64,000 nt of DNA from Verrucomicrobiota bacterium (GCA_037142115.1 JBAXBG010000001.1:931-64930), one strand, 5' to 3'; shown: positions 45,008 to 54,634, counted from the stretch's first letter. Notes: a model not told the origin generated them from the letters alone. Numbers and translations: made by a program.

Positions 45008-46048
45008 ATGCCATCATTCACCCATGGAGGAGTTACCAACCGCGAATTTCTGCGGTCGGTCTTCCACTCCATGCTCCGCTCCCGCATCCTGGAAAACAAA
45101 CTTTCCAGCCTCTACAAAGCGGGCAAAATCGTCGGCGGCGTCTATTTGGGCCGCGGTCAGGAAGCCGTCAGCGCCACCCTCGGCACCGCCCTCATCCAAG
45201 GCACCGACGTGTTCGCCCCGCTGATCCGCGACCAGGCGGGACGCACCGCCTTCGGCGAACCGCTGCTCGATTGCACCCGAACGTATCTGGGATCCGCCCA
45301 GGGACCGATGCGCGGGCGCGACGGCAACATCCACCGCGGCCGCCCGGAATTGGGTATGCCCGCGATGATTTCCCACCTCGGTGCCCAGGTCTCGGTGGTG
45401 ACGGGTATGCTCTTCGCCAAGCGCCTCAAAGGCCAACTCGCCGGCTGCGTCGGGGCCACCTGCCTCGGTGACGGTGCATCCTCCACCGGTGCCTTCCACG
45501 AAGGGCTCAATCTGGCCGCCGTGGAAAAACTGCCGCTGGTGCTCGTCATCGGCAACAACCAGTTCGCCTACTCCACCCCGAATGCGCACCAATTCGCCTG
45601 CGCCGATCTGGTCGAAAAAGCCCGCGGCTACGGCGTCGGCGGCTTCGCCGTGGATGGCACTGACTTGTTGGCCTGCGCCTCGGTCATCACCGAAGCCGTC
45701 CATCGCGCCCGCCAGGGCCACGGCCCGCAGATGGTCGTCGCCCGCCTGCTGCGCCTCTCCGGCCACGGCGAACATGACGACGGATTCTATGTCCCGGCCG
45801 AGGTGCGCGCCGACCACTACGGCCGCGACTGCATCGAGGTGGCCATGCGCCAACTCGTCGAACACGAGCTCGCCACGGCCGAGGAAATCGGTGCCTGGCG
45901 CGAGCAGTTCGCCGACGAGGTGCAGCGCGCGGTGGCCCAGGCCCAACAGGAAGCGCCACCCGACCCCTATCAGGAAGACTGGACCGCCCTCGCCACCCGC
46001 TTCCCCCTGCCAGTCAGCCAACCCGCCGGCCAACCTGTTTTCTCGTGA
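45008..46048 (+). CDS. 2-oxoacid dehydrogenase E1 component alpha subunit (TPP-dependent)
   Basis: TPP motif LGDGASSTGAFHEGLNLAAVEKLPLVLVIGNNQFA. The ATG at 45008 (MPSFTHGG) is preferred. Confidence 0.9.
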   Translation: MPSFTHGGVTNREFLRSVFHSMLRSRILENKLSSLYKAGKIVGGVYLGRGQEAVSATLGTALIQGTDVFAPLIRDQAGRTAFGEPLLDCTRTYLGSAQGPMRGRDGNIHRGRPELGMPAMISHLGAQVSVVTGMLFAKRLKGQLAGCVGATCLGDGASSTGAFHEGLNLAAVEKLPLVLVIGNNQFAYSTPNAHQFACADLVEKARGYGVGGFAVDGTDLLACASVITEAVHRARQGHGPQMVVARLLRLSGHGEHDDGFYVPAEVRADHYGRDCIEVAMRQLVEHELATAEEIGAWREQFADEVQRAVAQAQQEAPPDPYQEDWTALATRFPLPVSQPAGQPVFS

Positions 46049-47010
46049 GCGTTACCTACATTGATGCCATTCGCGAAGCGCAGCAGGTTCTGCTGCGGGA
46101 CGATCCGCGCGTGTTTCTCTACGGTCAGGACATCGCCACCTTCGGCGGTGCCTTCAAAGCCACCAAGGGCCTGGCGGAGCAATTCCCCGGGCGGGTGTTT
46201 GACAGCCCGATCTCGGAAGACGCCATGATCGGCCTGGCCGTCGGTGCCGCCATCGAAGGCCTGCGCCCGATCGTGGAAATGCAGTTCGCGGACTTCTCGT
46301 CGATCGCCTTCAACCAGATCGTCAACCAGGCGGCGACCCATTTCTATCGGACCGGGATGCCCATCCCGATCACCGTGCGCCTGCCCTCCGGCGGCACCGC
46401 CGGCTCCGGTCCGTTCCACAGCCAAAGCATGGAGGGCATCTACGCCCAGTATCCCGGGCTGGTCGTGCTCACCCCGGCGACCGTTTCCGACGCCTATCAC
46501 ATGCTCATCGACGCGGTCGCCCTCGATGATCCGGTCATCTTCTGCGAGCACAAGTTCCTCTACCGCTGGCTCAAGGCCAAATCCATCAACGGCGACCACC
46601 TGCCCATCGGCCAGGCCCGCATCATCCGCCCCGGCAAACATGCCACCGTCGTCGCCTACAGCGCCATGGTCCATGAGGCGGTGCGCGCCGCCGACCACCT
46701 CCAGCACGACGGCTGGGAAATCGAAGTGGTCGATCTGCGCTCAATCAAGCCCCTCGACATCGACACCGTGCTCGCCTCGGTCGCACGCACCGGACGCCTG
46801 CTCGCCGTGGGCGAGGCGTTCCCCTGGGGCGGTGTCACCGCCGAAGTCGTGTCGCGCGTCACCGAGGAAGCCTTCCACCTGCTCGACGCTCCGCCGCAGC
46901 GCCTCAACGCCCGCGACACACCCATCCCCTACCACCCGCAGCTGTGGGCCGCCCACCGCCCGACCCCGGAGTCGATCTGCCAGGCACTGCGCAAACTGCT
47001 CACGTTCTAA
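46045..47010 (+). CDS. 2-oxoacid dehydrogenase E1 component beta subunit
   Basis: Transketolase-like pyrimidine-binding and C-terminal domains (DSPISEDAMIGLAVGAA..., VVDLRSIKPLD). The GTG start overlaps the E1-alpha stop. Confidence 0.95.
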   Translation: MSVTYIDAIREAQQVLLRDDPRVFLYGQDIATFGGAFKATKGLAEQFPGRVFDSPISEDAMIGLAVGAAIEGLRPIVEMQFADFSSIAFNQIVNQAATHFYRTGMPIPITVRLPSGGTAGSGPFHSQSMEGIYAQYPGLVVLTPATVSDAYHMLIDAVALDDPVIFCEHKFLYRWLKAKSINGDHLPIGQARIIRPGKHATVVAYSAMVHEAVRAADHLQHDGWEIEVVDLRSIKPLDIDTVLASVARTGRLLAVGEAFPWGGVTAEVVSRVTEEAFHLLDAPPQRLNARDTPIPYHPQLWAAHRPTPESICQALRKLLTF

Positions 47011-47020
47011 CTGGTATTCG

Positions 47021-47052
47021 TTTAGAATTTAGAATTTTCAATTTAGAATTTT
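47021..47052. repeat. AT-rich heptanucleotide tandem repeat inside the E1b-E2 intergenic gap
   Basis: TTTAGAA TTTAGAA TTTTCAA TTTAGAA TTTT read directly. The surrounding sequence is GC-rich. Confidence 0.8.
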
Positions 47053-47058
47053 CCCCTG

Positions 47059-48300
47059 ATGCCCACCGTTCCCATCCTCATGCCCCAACTCGGCGAGTCC
47101 ATCGCCGAGGCCACCGTCGTCCGTCTGGGTGTCGCGCCGGGCGATGTGGTCCATGCCGACCAGGAAATCATCGAGGTGGAAACCAACAAGGCGATCATGG
47201 GCGTGACCACCTTGTGCCACGGCGTGGTGGCTGAAATCCGCGTCCAGGAGGGTGTCTCCTACTCGGTGGGCACCTTGTTAGGGCTGCTCGAGGTTACCGC
47301 CGAAGAAGTCGCCCGCACCGGCGTGGACACCATGGAGTCCATTGAAGCCAAGCGCACCGCCACCCACCAAACGGCCAGCCCGGGCCGGGCTGAAGCGAAC
47401 CTGCACTTTGCCATCAACGACCACGACGCCTACGAGGAAGCCCCGGCGGTGGTGCCCAACATCAAGGGCCTGCCGGTGCCAGCGGGCACCATGGGCGCCC
47501 ATTACATTTCGCCACGGATGCGCGCACGGATGAATGATCTCGGCCTGCGCGAGGCCGACATTTCCGCCGTGGCGGGAACCGGTGCCGGCGGCCGCGTCAC
47601 GGTCGAGGATCTGGAGCGCTTCCTCGCCTATCTCGAAGCCTGGCCCAGCACCCACGCCTCGCCGATGCGCTTGGCCGTGGCCGATGCCATGCGCCGCAGT
47701 TGGACTCGCCCGTTGGCCACCGTCGGCCTGCCCGCGATGCTCGACCGGGTCCTGGAACACCGCCGCAGCCACAGCCCGAAACCCGGGCTCACCCTCTATC
47801 TGTTGCGCGCCTTCGCCCTGGCCATCGCCGAAAATCCGACCACCGCGGGCTATCTGATTGGCGACAAGATCGTCCACCCGCGCTCGTTTGACATCGGCGT
47901 GGCGGTGCAAGTCGAGGACGGGGTGGTGGTTCCAGTGGTCCGCCAACTCGACCACAAACCGCTGCGTGAGCTCATCGGGGAATACGACGACCTGGTTGAT
48001 CGCGCCCGCCGCCGCCGCCTCACCGAGGACGATTGCCGCGGCGGCATCGCCACCGTGACCAACTTTGGCACTTTCGGCCTGACCCTCGGCACCCCGATCC
48101 CGCTGCCCAACGAAACCCTCATCCTTGGCATCGGCGCAGGCGTCAGAAAACCGGTCTGGAGCAGCCAAATCGAAGTCTTCCTGCCCGCCGTCGTGGCCGA
48201 CCTCTTCCTCACCTTCGACCACCGCGTCGTCGATGGCGGCGGGGCCGGCGTCCTGCTCGCCCGCGTCGCAGAACTCCTCCAGCATCCGGACTCGCTCTAA
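47059..48300 (+). CDS. 2-oxoacid dehydrogenase E2 (dihydrolipoamide acyltransferase)
   Basis: Lipoyl domain (EVETNKAIMGV), an E3-binding-like segment, and the catalytic DHRVVDG motif. Confidence 0.95.
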   Translation: MPTVPILMPQLGESIAEATVVRLGVAPGDVVHADQEIIEVETNKAIMGVTTLCHGVVAEIRVQEGVSYSVGTLLGLLEVTAEEVARTGVDTMESIEAKRTATHQTASPGRAEANLHFAINDHDAYEEAPAVVPNIKGLPVPAGTMGAHYISPRMRARMNDLGLREADISAVAGTGAGGRVTVEDLERFLAYLEAWPSTHASPMRLAVADAMRRSWTRPLATVGLPAMLDRVLEHRRSHSPKPGLTLYLLRAFALAIAENPTTAGYLIGDKIVHPRSFDIGVAVQVEDGVVVPVVRQLDHKPLRELIGEYDDLVDRARRRRLTEDDCRGGIATVTNFGTFGLTLGTPIPLPNETLILGIGAGVRKPVWSSQIEVFLPAVVADLFLTFDHRVVDGGGAGVLLARVAELLQHPDSL

Positions 48301-48402
48301 CTCATCAGCCGCGCTGCCACCTCCAATGGGATACATAGATCCTATGGGACTCAGGTATCCCGTAGTGACTCTAAGATTCTCACCCACCCGCGCGTTCTCC
48401 CG

Positions 48403-48933
48403 GTGAACTCCCACCACTCCGACGCATCCGCCGCCATGCCACCGCCTCGAGACTTATTCATCGAGCAAGCCATGGTGGAGTTTGAATCGGCACTCATCGG
48501 ATATGCCGCCAGCCTCCTTCACGATAGCGACCGCGCCCGCGACGTCGTCCAAGACACGTTTATCCGGCTCTGCCAGCAGGATCCGGCGCAAGTGCGCGAC
48601 CACCTCAAGTCGTGGCTGTTCACCGTCTGCCGCAACCGCGCGCTCGACCTCCTGCGCAAAGACCAGCGCCTCCAACCGCTGGCCGATCACCATTGGAACT
48701 CCATGGCCGACCCCGGCCTCCAACCCGACGCCCAGGCCGCACTCGCCGACCGCCTGGCCCGCGTCATGCAACTGCTCGACCGGCTCACCGCCAATCAACG
48801 CGATGTCATCGTCCTCAAGTTCCAGCAAGGCCTCAGCTATCAGGAAATCCAACAAATCACGGGCCTCAGCTCAGGCAACATCGGCTTCCTCATCCACACC
48901 GGCCTCAAACAACTCCGCGCGCTGATGCAATGA
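48403..48933 (+). CDS. ECF-type RNA polymerase sigma factor
   Basis: Region 2 (DVVQDTFIRL...WLFTVCRNRALDLLRK) and region 4 (LSYQEIQQITGLSSGNIGFLIHTGLKQLR). GTG start; an ATG at 48436 is an alternative. Confidence 0.9.
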   Translation: MNSHHSDASAAMPPPRDLFIEQAMVEFESALIGYAASLLHDSDRARDVVQDTFIRLCQQDPAQVRDHLKSWLFTVCRNRALDLLRKDQRLQPLADHHWNSMADPGLQPDAQAALADRLARVMQLLDRLTANQRDVIVLKFQQGLSYQEIQQITGLSSGNIGFLIHTGLKQLRALMQ

Positions 48934-48939
48934 TGAGGA

Positions 48940-49014
48940 AAAGCAGAAAGCAGAAAGCTGAAAGGGCTTCGCGCTTTCCTTCCACCTGAATTTCAACTTT
49001 CAACTTTCAACTTT
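48940..49014. repeat. paired heptanucleotide repeat tracts forming an imperfect long hairpin between the sigma and anti-sigma genes
   Basis: AAAGCAG AAAGCAG AAAGCTG AAAGGGC (48940-48967), a small hairpin at 48960-48978, then TTTCAAC x3 (48991-49011). The two tracts are partially complementary (GAAAG/CTTTC helices). Confidence 0.75.
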
Positions 49015-49019
49015 ACCCC

Positions 49020-50213
49020 ATGCCCCAGCACCCCGATGACCCCCGCCTCACCGCCTACCTGCTGGGCGAACTGTCGGCGGACGAGGCCGCAGCCATCGCC
49101 GAAGCGCTGGCCACGGACCCGGTATTGCGCGCGGAACTGGAGGAACTAACGCAACTGCAGCGCGATCTCACCGCGGCCTTGGCACCGGTGCCGCGCGCCC
49201 TGCGGCCCGCGCAGCGGGCCGCCGTCCGCCACGCCGCCCGCCAACGCTCTTGGCAACCCTGGCTCATGCCACTCGCCGCCGCCCTCACCCTGGCCGCCCT
49301 GATTTTCAGCAATCCAGCATCCCACTGGCAGAACTCCAGAGCGAGCCACCCCGCCGCCAAACCCGAGTCCACCGAGCCGCCGCAAGAACCCGCGACAAAG
49401 GCCACCGCCGCCCAGCCGTTAGCCAGGGCAGCAATCCCCGCCACGCCCGCCGCCGCTCTAGCCGCCGCCGGCTCCCCCACCCTGGAGTTGCCGGTCCAAG
49501 CCGGCCGGGCCGGCTTGGCACAAATCCGGGCCGCCATTCGCACCGCCCACCACCTGCCGGCCCGCGACAGCGTGCGACTGGAGGAGATCCTCAACAACTT
49601 CCCGCTCACTCCTCGCGGCTTGACCGCGGTCGCACGCAACCCCGCCAACCCCTGGCACCCGGATGACCGGGGCACCGGCGCGACGTCCCATGCCGCCACC
49701 CTCGCCACCGAAACCCTGGCCTGCCCGTGGAAACCCTCAGCCTCGCTGGTGCTCGTCACCCTCCGCGGCAACCCTTTCAGCGATTGCCAAATCCAGGCCG
49801 TGTTCCGCCCCAATCCCGCCAACATCCTCCGCTGCCGCCTGCTCGGCTTCGCCCCCGTCGCCGGCCAAACCCAGCGCCCCCAAGCTCGCCAACTCGCCGC
49901 CAAAACCAGCACCTCGCTCGTCCTCGAAGTCGAACCCTCAACCGCCGCGGGCGACCTCGGCGCGATCGAATGGTCGGTCAATGGCGAACCCGCCGCCACC
50001 GTCGCCATCGCCCGCCACGGCGACACCGAACCGTCCGACGACGCCCGCTTCGCCGCCCTGGTCTGCACCTTCGCCCAGTGGCTCGCCGGCGAATCCCCCG
50101 CCCTGATTGACTCGGATCTGCTCGCCGCCCTCGCCCGCGAATCCGCCACCACCACCCTGCCCGCCGACCGCGCGGACTTGCTCGAGCTCATCGACCAGGC
50201 GTTCCAGTTGTAA
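49020..50213 (+). CDS. anti-sigma factor fused to YfbK-like flanking regions but lacking the vWA core
   Basis: N-terminal anti-sigma helix (LTAYLLGELSADEAAAIAEAL) and a TM segment (WLMPLAAALTLAALIF). Then VRLEEILNNFPL and CPWKPSASLVLVTL (YfbK N-region), followed directly by VFRPNPANILRCRLLGF (YfbK C-region). Confidence 0.8.
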   Translation: MPQHPDDPRLTAYLLGELSADEAAAIAEALATDPVLRAELEELTQLQRDLTAALAPVPRALRPAQRAAVRHAARQRSWQPWLMPLAAALTLAALIFSNPASHWQNSRASHPAAKPESTEPPQEPATKATAAQPLARAAIPATPAAALAAAGSPTLELPVQAGRAGLAQIRAAIRTAHHLPARDSVRLEEILNNFPLTPRGLTAVARNPANPWHPDDRGTGATSHAATLATETLACPWKPSASLVLVTLRGNPFSDCQIQAVFRPNPANILRCRLLGFAPVAGQTQRPQARQLAAKTSTSLVLEVEPSTAAGDLGAIEWSVNGEPAATVAIARHGDTEPSDDARFAALVCTFAQWLAGESPALIDSDLLAALARESATTTLPADRADLLELIDQAFQL

Positions 50214-50257
50214 TTCGGATTGCCTGACGGCGCGGCTCAAGTCCAGACTGCCGCCCG

Positions 50258-51139
50258 ATGGATCCCTGCCTGCCGAAATGGTTTCGGTTCGCCAGCCGCG
50301 TGCTGCGCGATTTCTTCTGGCGCAATCACGGCCTGTTGCTCACCGGCGCGGTGGCATTCAACATGATGCTGTCGCTCATCCCGCTCTCCGCCGTGCTGAT
50401 CGTGGTGGCCTCCAACTTCTTCGATCAGCGGCTGCTGATGGAATCGCTCACCACCGAGGTTTCCCTGATCGCGCCGGGCTTTGCCGCCACCCTCACCGAG
50501 GTGCTCACCGGCTTCCTGCAAAACCGCAACATCATCGGCTGGATCGGCCTGCTCGCCCTGCTCTTCATCAGCTCGATGGCCTTCCGGGTGCTCGAGGACT
50601 CCATCGCCATCATCTTCCACCGGCCATTGCCCACCCTCAAACGCAAGTTCTGGGTCTCCGCGCTTCTCCCCTATCTGTTCATCCTCATCGTCGCCGCCGG
50701 CCTCCTCCTGGTCACCGCCGCCATCGCCGTCATCGACGCCCAAAGCCAGATCCGCCACGCCTTTCCACTCCTCGATGCGATCCTCCACAACCACATCGGC
50801 CTCATCATCTATCTCTCCGGCGTGCTGGGCATGGTCCTGCTCTTCACGCTGTTCTACAAGATCATGCCAGTGGCCAAAGTCTCGTTCCGCCGCGCCCTGG
50901 CCGGCGGCCTCACCGCCGCCATCCTCTGGGAAATCACCCGCCACTTGTTAGTCGCGTACTACACCAAGGTCTCCATCGTCAACGTCCTCTACGGCTCGAT
51001 GGCCACCATCATCATCGTGCTCTTCACCCTCGAAGCCGTGGCCCTGATCCTGCTGCTGGGTGCCCAGGTCATCGCCGACCTCCAGCGCAACGCCAACGCC
51101 GGAATCCCGTGGCACGAGGATCCCGGCGACGACTTCTAA
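50258..51139 (+). CDS. YihY/BrkB-family membrane protein
   Basis: LTGAVAFNMMLSLIPL and multiple TM helices typical of the YihY family. Confidence 0.9.
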   Translation: MDPCLPKWFRFASRVLRDFFWRNHGLLLTGAVAFNMMLSLIPLSAVLIVVASNFFDQRLLMESLTTEVSLIAPGFAATLTEVLTGFLQNRNIIGWIGLLALLFISSMAFRVLEDSIAIIFHRPLPTLKRKFWVSALLPYLFILIVAAGLLLVTAAIAVIDAQSQIRHAFPLLDAILHNHIGLIIYLSGVLGMVLLFTLFYKIMPVAKVSFRRALAGGLTAAILWEITRHLLVAYYTKVSIVNVLYGSMATIIIVLFTLEAVALILLLGAQVIADLQRNANAGIPWHEDPGDDF

Positions 51140-52281
51140 TTGACTTCCAGCTCGTCCTTGGTTGGCAGGGGCGCGAACGGCTGATGGGGTTCGGTTTGAT
51201 ACCAGAACCCGACCGACGAGATGTCGTCCTGCAACGGCAGGTAACGGCCGTTATCCCTCCAGCCCAGCGCCTGGATCGTCACCTTGAGATCCTGGTCAAA
51301 GCGAACCGGGTCGGTGATGTGCCAGCGGTAGAGGCCGAAGCGCTGGTTGGCATGATAGGTGCCATCGGGACGGATCACCTGGTGCAGCCCGGCATACGGC
51401 GTGCAGAACTCGGTGTATTGCCCCTTGCGGTCGAAGTTATACGATCCGCAGAAATAATCCTCGGTGCCCGTGCCGCAGATGGTCGGGAATTCCTTGTCGC
51501 CATCCATGAAAAACTTGATCTCGCCCTCACCCCACCAGCCGTTGTGGTTGACCTGCCACGCCAGATAGGTCCCGACATACTGGCCCTTGCCCTTGATCCG
51601 GTCGACAATGGCGTGAACCTCCTTGTATTTGAGCGGATTGCTGCGGTGGAACTGGGCGTGGAAGTAGGCGGCGTTCTTGGGAACCTCGGTCAGGCTGTAA
51701 TCTATCTGGTAGTAGACCGTCATGTCCTTCTCGTCCATGTTCTGCATGGTGATCTTGCATTTCTTGCGGAACGGCATCTGCCAATAACAATTGAACGCGC
51801 TGCCGGGATTGACGCAGACCGGCAGCGATTGCAGCGGCGCGTATTCGCCCCAGCCCATGCCGAAGAAGTCGCCCACCGGGCATTCCACCGATGGCTCCTT
51901 CTCGTCGTCCCAGTAGAACCGCAGGATCGAATAGCGCCACTTGCCGGTGGGCGTCATCCAGATGTGATTGATGGCTCCCGAACCGGTGATCTCGGCGAGG
52001 GTGAAGGTGGTCCCCTTGGCGATTCGGATGAACGGATTGACTTTCCACCCCTGGCCGAGGTCGCGGGCGGCGTTCGAGGCCGAGCCCTCGCCGAGTTTCG
52101 CCATCCCGCCGCGGCCGTTTTCCCCGGTGAGGTTTTCCGGGCTGATCGAGCGGGTCTTCGCATCGGAAAGGAGATGCAGGTTGCCCAGCTGGTTCTGCAG
52201 GCCGTCGTAGCCGGCGGTTTGGGCGAATGACAAGCCGCTCACCAGCGGCAACGTGACAAGCAGTGCGAAGGATGTTCTCAT
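51136..52281 (-). CDS. DUF2961 / GH172-family glycoside hydrolase
   Basis: Signal peptide. SISPENLTGENG, INHIWMTP and GTGTEDYF are motifs characteristic of DUF2961. The stop overlaps the YihY stop (convergent). Confidence 0.85.
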   Translation of the reverse strand: MRTSFALLVTLPLVSGLSFAQTAGYDGLQNQLGNLHLLSDAKTRSISPENLTGENGRGGMAKLGEGSASNAARDLGQGWKVNPFIRIAKGTTFTLAEITGSGAINHIWMTPTGKWRYSILRFYWDDEKEPSVECPVGDFFGMGWGEYAPLQSLPVCVNPGSAFNCYWQMPFRKKCKITMQNMDEKDMTVYYQIDYSLTEVPKNAAYFHAQFHRSNPLKYKEVHAIVDRIKGKGQYVGTYLAWQVNHNGWWGEGEIKFFMDGDKEFPTICGTGTEDYFCGSYNFDRKGQYTEFCTPYAGLHQVIRPDGTYHANQRFGLYRWHITDPVRFDQDLKVTIQALGWRDNGRYLPLQDDISSVGFWYQTEPHQPFAPLPTKDELEVN

Positions 52282-52636
52282 ATCGGTGGGTTAGGTTGCG
52301 GGCGTGGATGCGGCTACTATCAATAATACCGCCCGGCAACGGCGGGTCTATCATCGGGTTAACCCGCAGGCGATCCAAGGTGGCGCGGCCTCGATGAGGC
52401 CTCCGTCACAGTGTGGATCGAGTGTCGCGCCCCCGCGTGCGCTCGCCCGCTAGCGGGAGGCCCCCGACAGCCACAAATCACTGCGCGCAAAATGCTATCG
52501 TCTGGACTCGCTTGCGCCACTTCCCCAGAATGCACGTGAAGCAATAAACGCGTAGCCTTAGCGACTTCCTGCGGTGCCAGTCTGGCGATACCTGCAATCA
52601 TGGCGTTGCCCCCGGCACGCAACCACACACATCACG

Positions 52637-53041
52637 ATGATCACTAAAATCGACCACTTGGGAATCGCCGTCCGCTCGCTCGACGAAGCCATGGCCTACT
52701 ACGAAAACGTGCTTGGCCTGACCTGCGAAGGACGGGAAGAAGTGGAGTCCCAAAAAGTACGCACCGCGTTTTTCGCCGCCGGCGACGTTCACATCGAACT
52801 GCTCGAACCGACCTCCGACGAGAGCCCGATTGCCAAGTTTCTCGAGAAGAACGGCCCGGGCATCCACCACATCGCGTTCGCCACCGATGACATCACCGGC
52901 CAACTCGCCCAAGCCAAGGACCAGGGCGCGCGCCTGATCCACGAGGTGCCCTTTGCCGGCGCCGGCGACAAGCTCGTCGCCTTCCTGCACCCGAAATCCA
53001 CCTTCGGCGTGCTCACGGAGTTCTGCCAGCCAGCCCACTGA
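52637..53041 (+). CDS. mce: methylmalonyl-CoA epimerase
   Basis: VOC/glyoxalase fold with MITKIDHLGIAV...IELLEP...GIHHIAF. The ATG at 52637 is preferred over the upstream ORF start. Confidence 0.9.
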   Translation: MITKIDHLGIAVRSLDEAMAYYENVLGLTCEGREEVESQKVRTAFFAAGDVHIELLEPTSDESPIAKFLEKNGPGIHHIAFATDDITGQLAQAKDQGARLIHEVPFAGAGDKLVAFLHPKSTFGVLTEFCQPAH

Positions 53042-53080
53042 TTTTCCGTTACTCCCAACCATTCACCTCACCATTCCACC

Positions 53081-54634
53081 ATGCCAATCGACTCATCACT
53101 GCTGGAGGGGCTCAAGCTCCGCCGCGAAGAAGCCCTCATCGGAGGCGGCATCGACCGCATCGAAAAACGCCACGAAAAAGGCGTCCTGACCGCGCGCGAG
53201 CGCCTCGCCGTGTTCTTTGACGACGGCAACTTCATCGAGTTCGGGATGCACGCCCATCATTCGTGCACCAACTTCGGCCTCGAAAAACGCAAGATGCCCG
53301 GTGACGGCGTGGTCTGCGCCACCGGCGTGGCCGACGGCCGCCAAGTCGCCGCCTTCGCCCAGGATTTCACCGTCGGCGGCGGTGCCGTGGGTGCCATGCA
53401 TGCCAAGAAAATCTGTGATTTGCTCGACTTCGCGATCAAGGCCGGCATTCCGGTCGTCGGCATCAACGATTCCGGCGGCGCCCGCATCCAGGAAGGCATC
53501 GAAGCCCTCGCCGGCTACGGCCAGATCTTCTTCCGCAACGTGCTCGCCTCCGGCGTCATCCCGCAGATCTCGATCATCGCCGGTCCCTGCGCCGGTGGCG
53601 CGGCCTACTCGCCCGCGCTCACCGACTTCATCATCATGACGCGCAAAAACGCCAACATGTTCATCTGCGGCCCGGACGTGATCCGCGCCGCCACCGGCCA
53701 GACCGCCTCGCTCGACCAATTCGCCAGCGCCGACGCGCACGCCCAGGTCAGCGGCAACATCCACCTCATCGCTGATGACGACACCCACGCCATCCAACTC
53801 GCCAAGAAACTGCTCGACTACCTGCCGTCGAACAACATGAGCGATCCGCCGCACAAGATGAGCCAAGTCATCGCGCTCACCGAAGATCCGGGCATGAACG
53901 ACATCATTCCGCTCGACCCGAAATCGCCGCTCGACATGCAGTTGGTCATCGACCGCCTGATGGACCCCGGCAGCTGGTTTGAAATCATGCCGGACTTCGC
54001 CCCTAACATCCTCATCGGCTTCGCCAAACTCGAAGGCATGGTCATCGGCATCATCGCCAACCAACCGATGGTCAAGGCCGGCTGCATCGACATCGATGCC
54101 TCCGACAAGGCGGCGCGTTTCATCCGCGTCTGCAACATCTATTCGATCCCCGTCCTGTCGCTGGTGGACGTCCCGGGCTTCATGCCCGGCCTCGCCCAGG
54201 AACGCGGCGGCATCATCCGCCACGGCGCCAAAATGCTCTTCGCCTGGGCCTCGGGCACCGTGCCCAAAGTCACCCTCATCTGCCGCAAGGCCTACGGCGG
54301 GGCCTACATCGCGATGTGCCCCACCGACCTGGGTGCCGACTTCGTGTTCGCCTGGCCCACCGCCGAAATCGCGGTCATGGGCGCCCAGGGCGCGATGAAG
54401 GTGCTCTACAAAAAGGAACTCGAGGAAGCGTCCGACCCGGAAGCCCTGGAAAAGGAACTGCGCGCCGCCTACACCGAGAAATTCGCCTCTCCCTATCAGG
54501 CCGCCAGCAACGGCATGATCACCGATGTCATCGATCCCGCCGTCTCCCGCAGCACCTTGGCGCTCGCCTTCCGCGGCATCATGGGCAAGCATGAATCCCG
54601 TCCGCCCAAGAAACACGGCAATATCCCACTCTAA
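53081..54634 (+). CDS. methylmalonyl-CoA carboxyltransferase (MmdA / transcarboxylase 12S / PCC-beta family)
   Basis: Carboxyltransferase family pattern throughout (GGGAVGAMHAKKI, INDSGGARIQEG, GPCAGGAAYSPALTDF, KAYGGAYIAM). Confidence 0.95.
   Translation: MPIDSSLLEGLKLRREEALIGGGIDRIEKRHEKGVLTARERLAVFFDDGNFIEFGMHAHHSCTNFGLEKRKMPGDGVVCATGVADGRQVAAFAQDFTVGGGAVGAMHAKKICDLLDFAIKAGIPVVGINDSGGARIQEGIEALAGYGQIFFRNVLASGVIPQISIIAGPCAGGAAYSPALTDFIIMTRKNANMFICGPDVIRAATGQTASLDQFASADAHAQVSGNIHLIADDDTHAIQLAKKLLDYLPSNNMSDPPHKMSQVIALTEDPGMNDIIPLDPKSPLDMQLVIDRLMDPGSWFEIMPDFAPNILIGFAKLEGMVIGIIANQPMVKAGCIDIDASDKAARFIRVCNIYSIPVLSLVDVPGFMPGLAQERGGIIRHGAKMLFAWASGTVPKVTLICRKAYGGAYIAMCPTDLGADFVFAWPTAEIAVMGAQGAMKVLYKKELEEASDPEALEKELRAAYTEKFASPYQAASNGMITDVIDPAVSRSTLALAFRGIMGKHESRPPKKHGNIPL

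Noticed and set aside
50107-52230. 707-aa plus-strand ORF spanning the YihY gene region and the antisense strand of the DUF2961 gene.
   Set aside because: It is out of frame with the well-supported YihY CDS and antisense to a motif-rich GH172-like CDS. The translation is Pro/Arg/His-rich with no recognisable domain.
52282-52636. Possible cobalamin riboswitch upstream of the epimerase/mutase cluster. The segment AGTCTGGCGATACCTGCA vaguely resembles a B12 box.
   Set aside because: The other conserved riboswitch elements (GGGAA, GGTGAAAATCC, GCCACTG) are absent. B12 riboswitches normally control B12 supply genes rather than B12-dependent mutases. A covariance-model scan (Rfam RF00174) would settle it.
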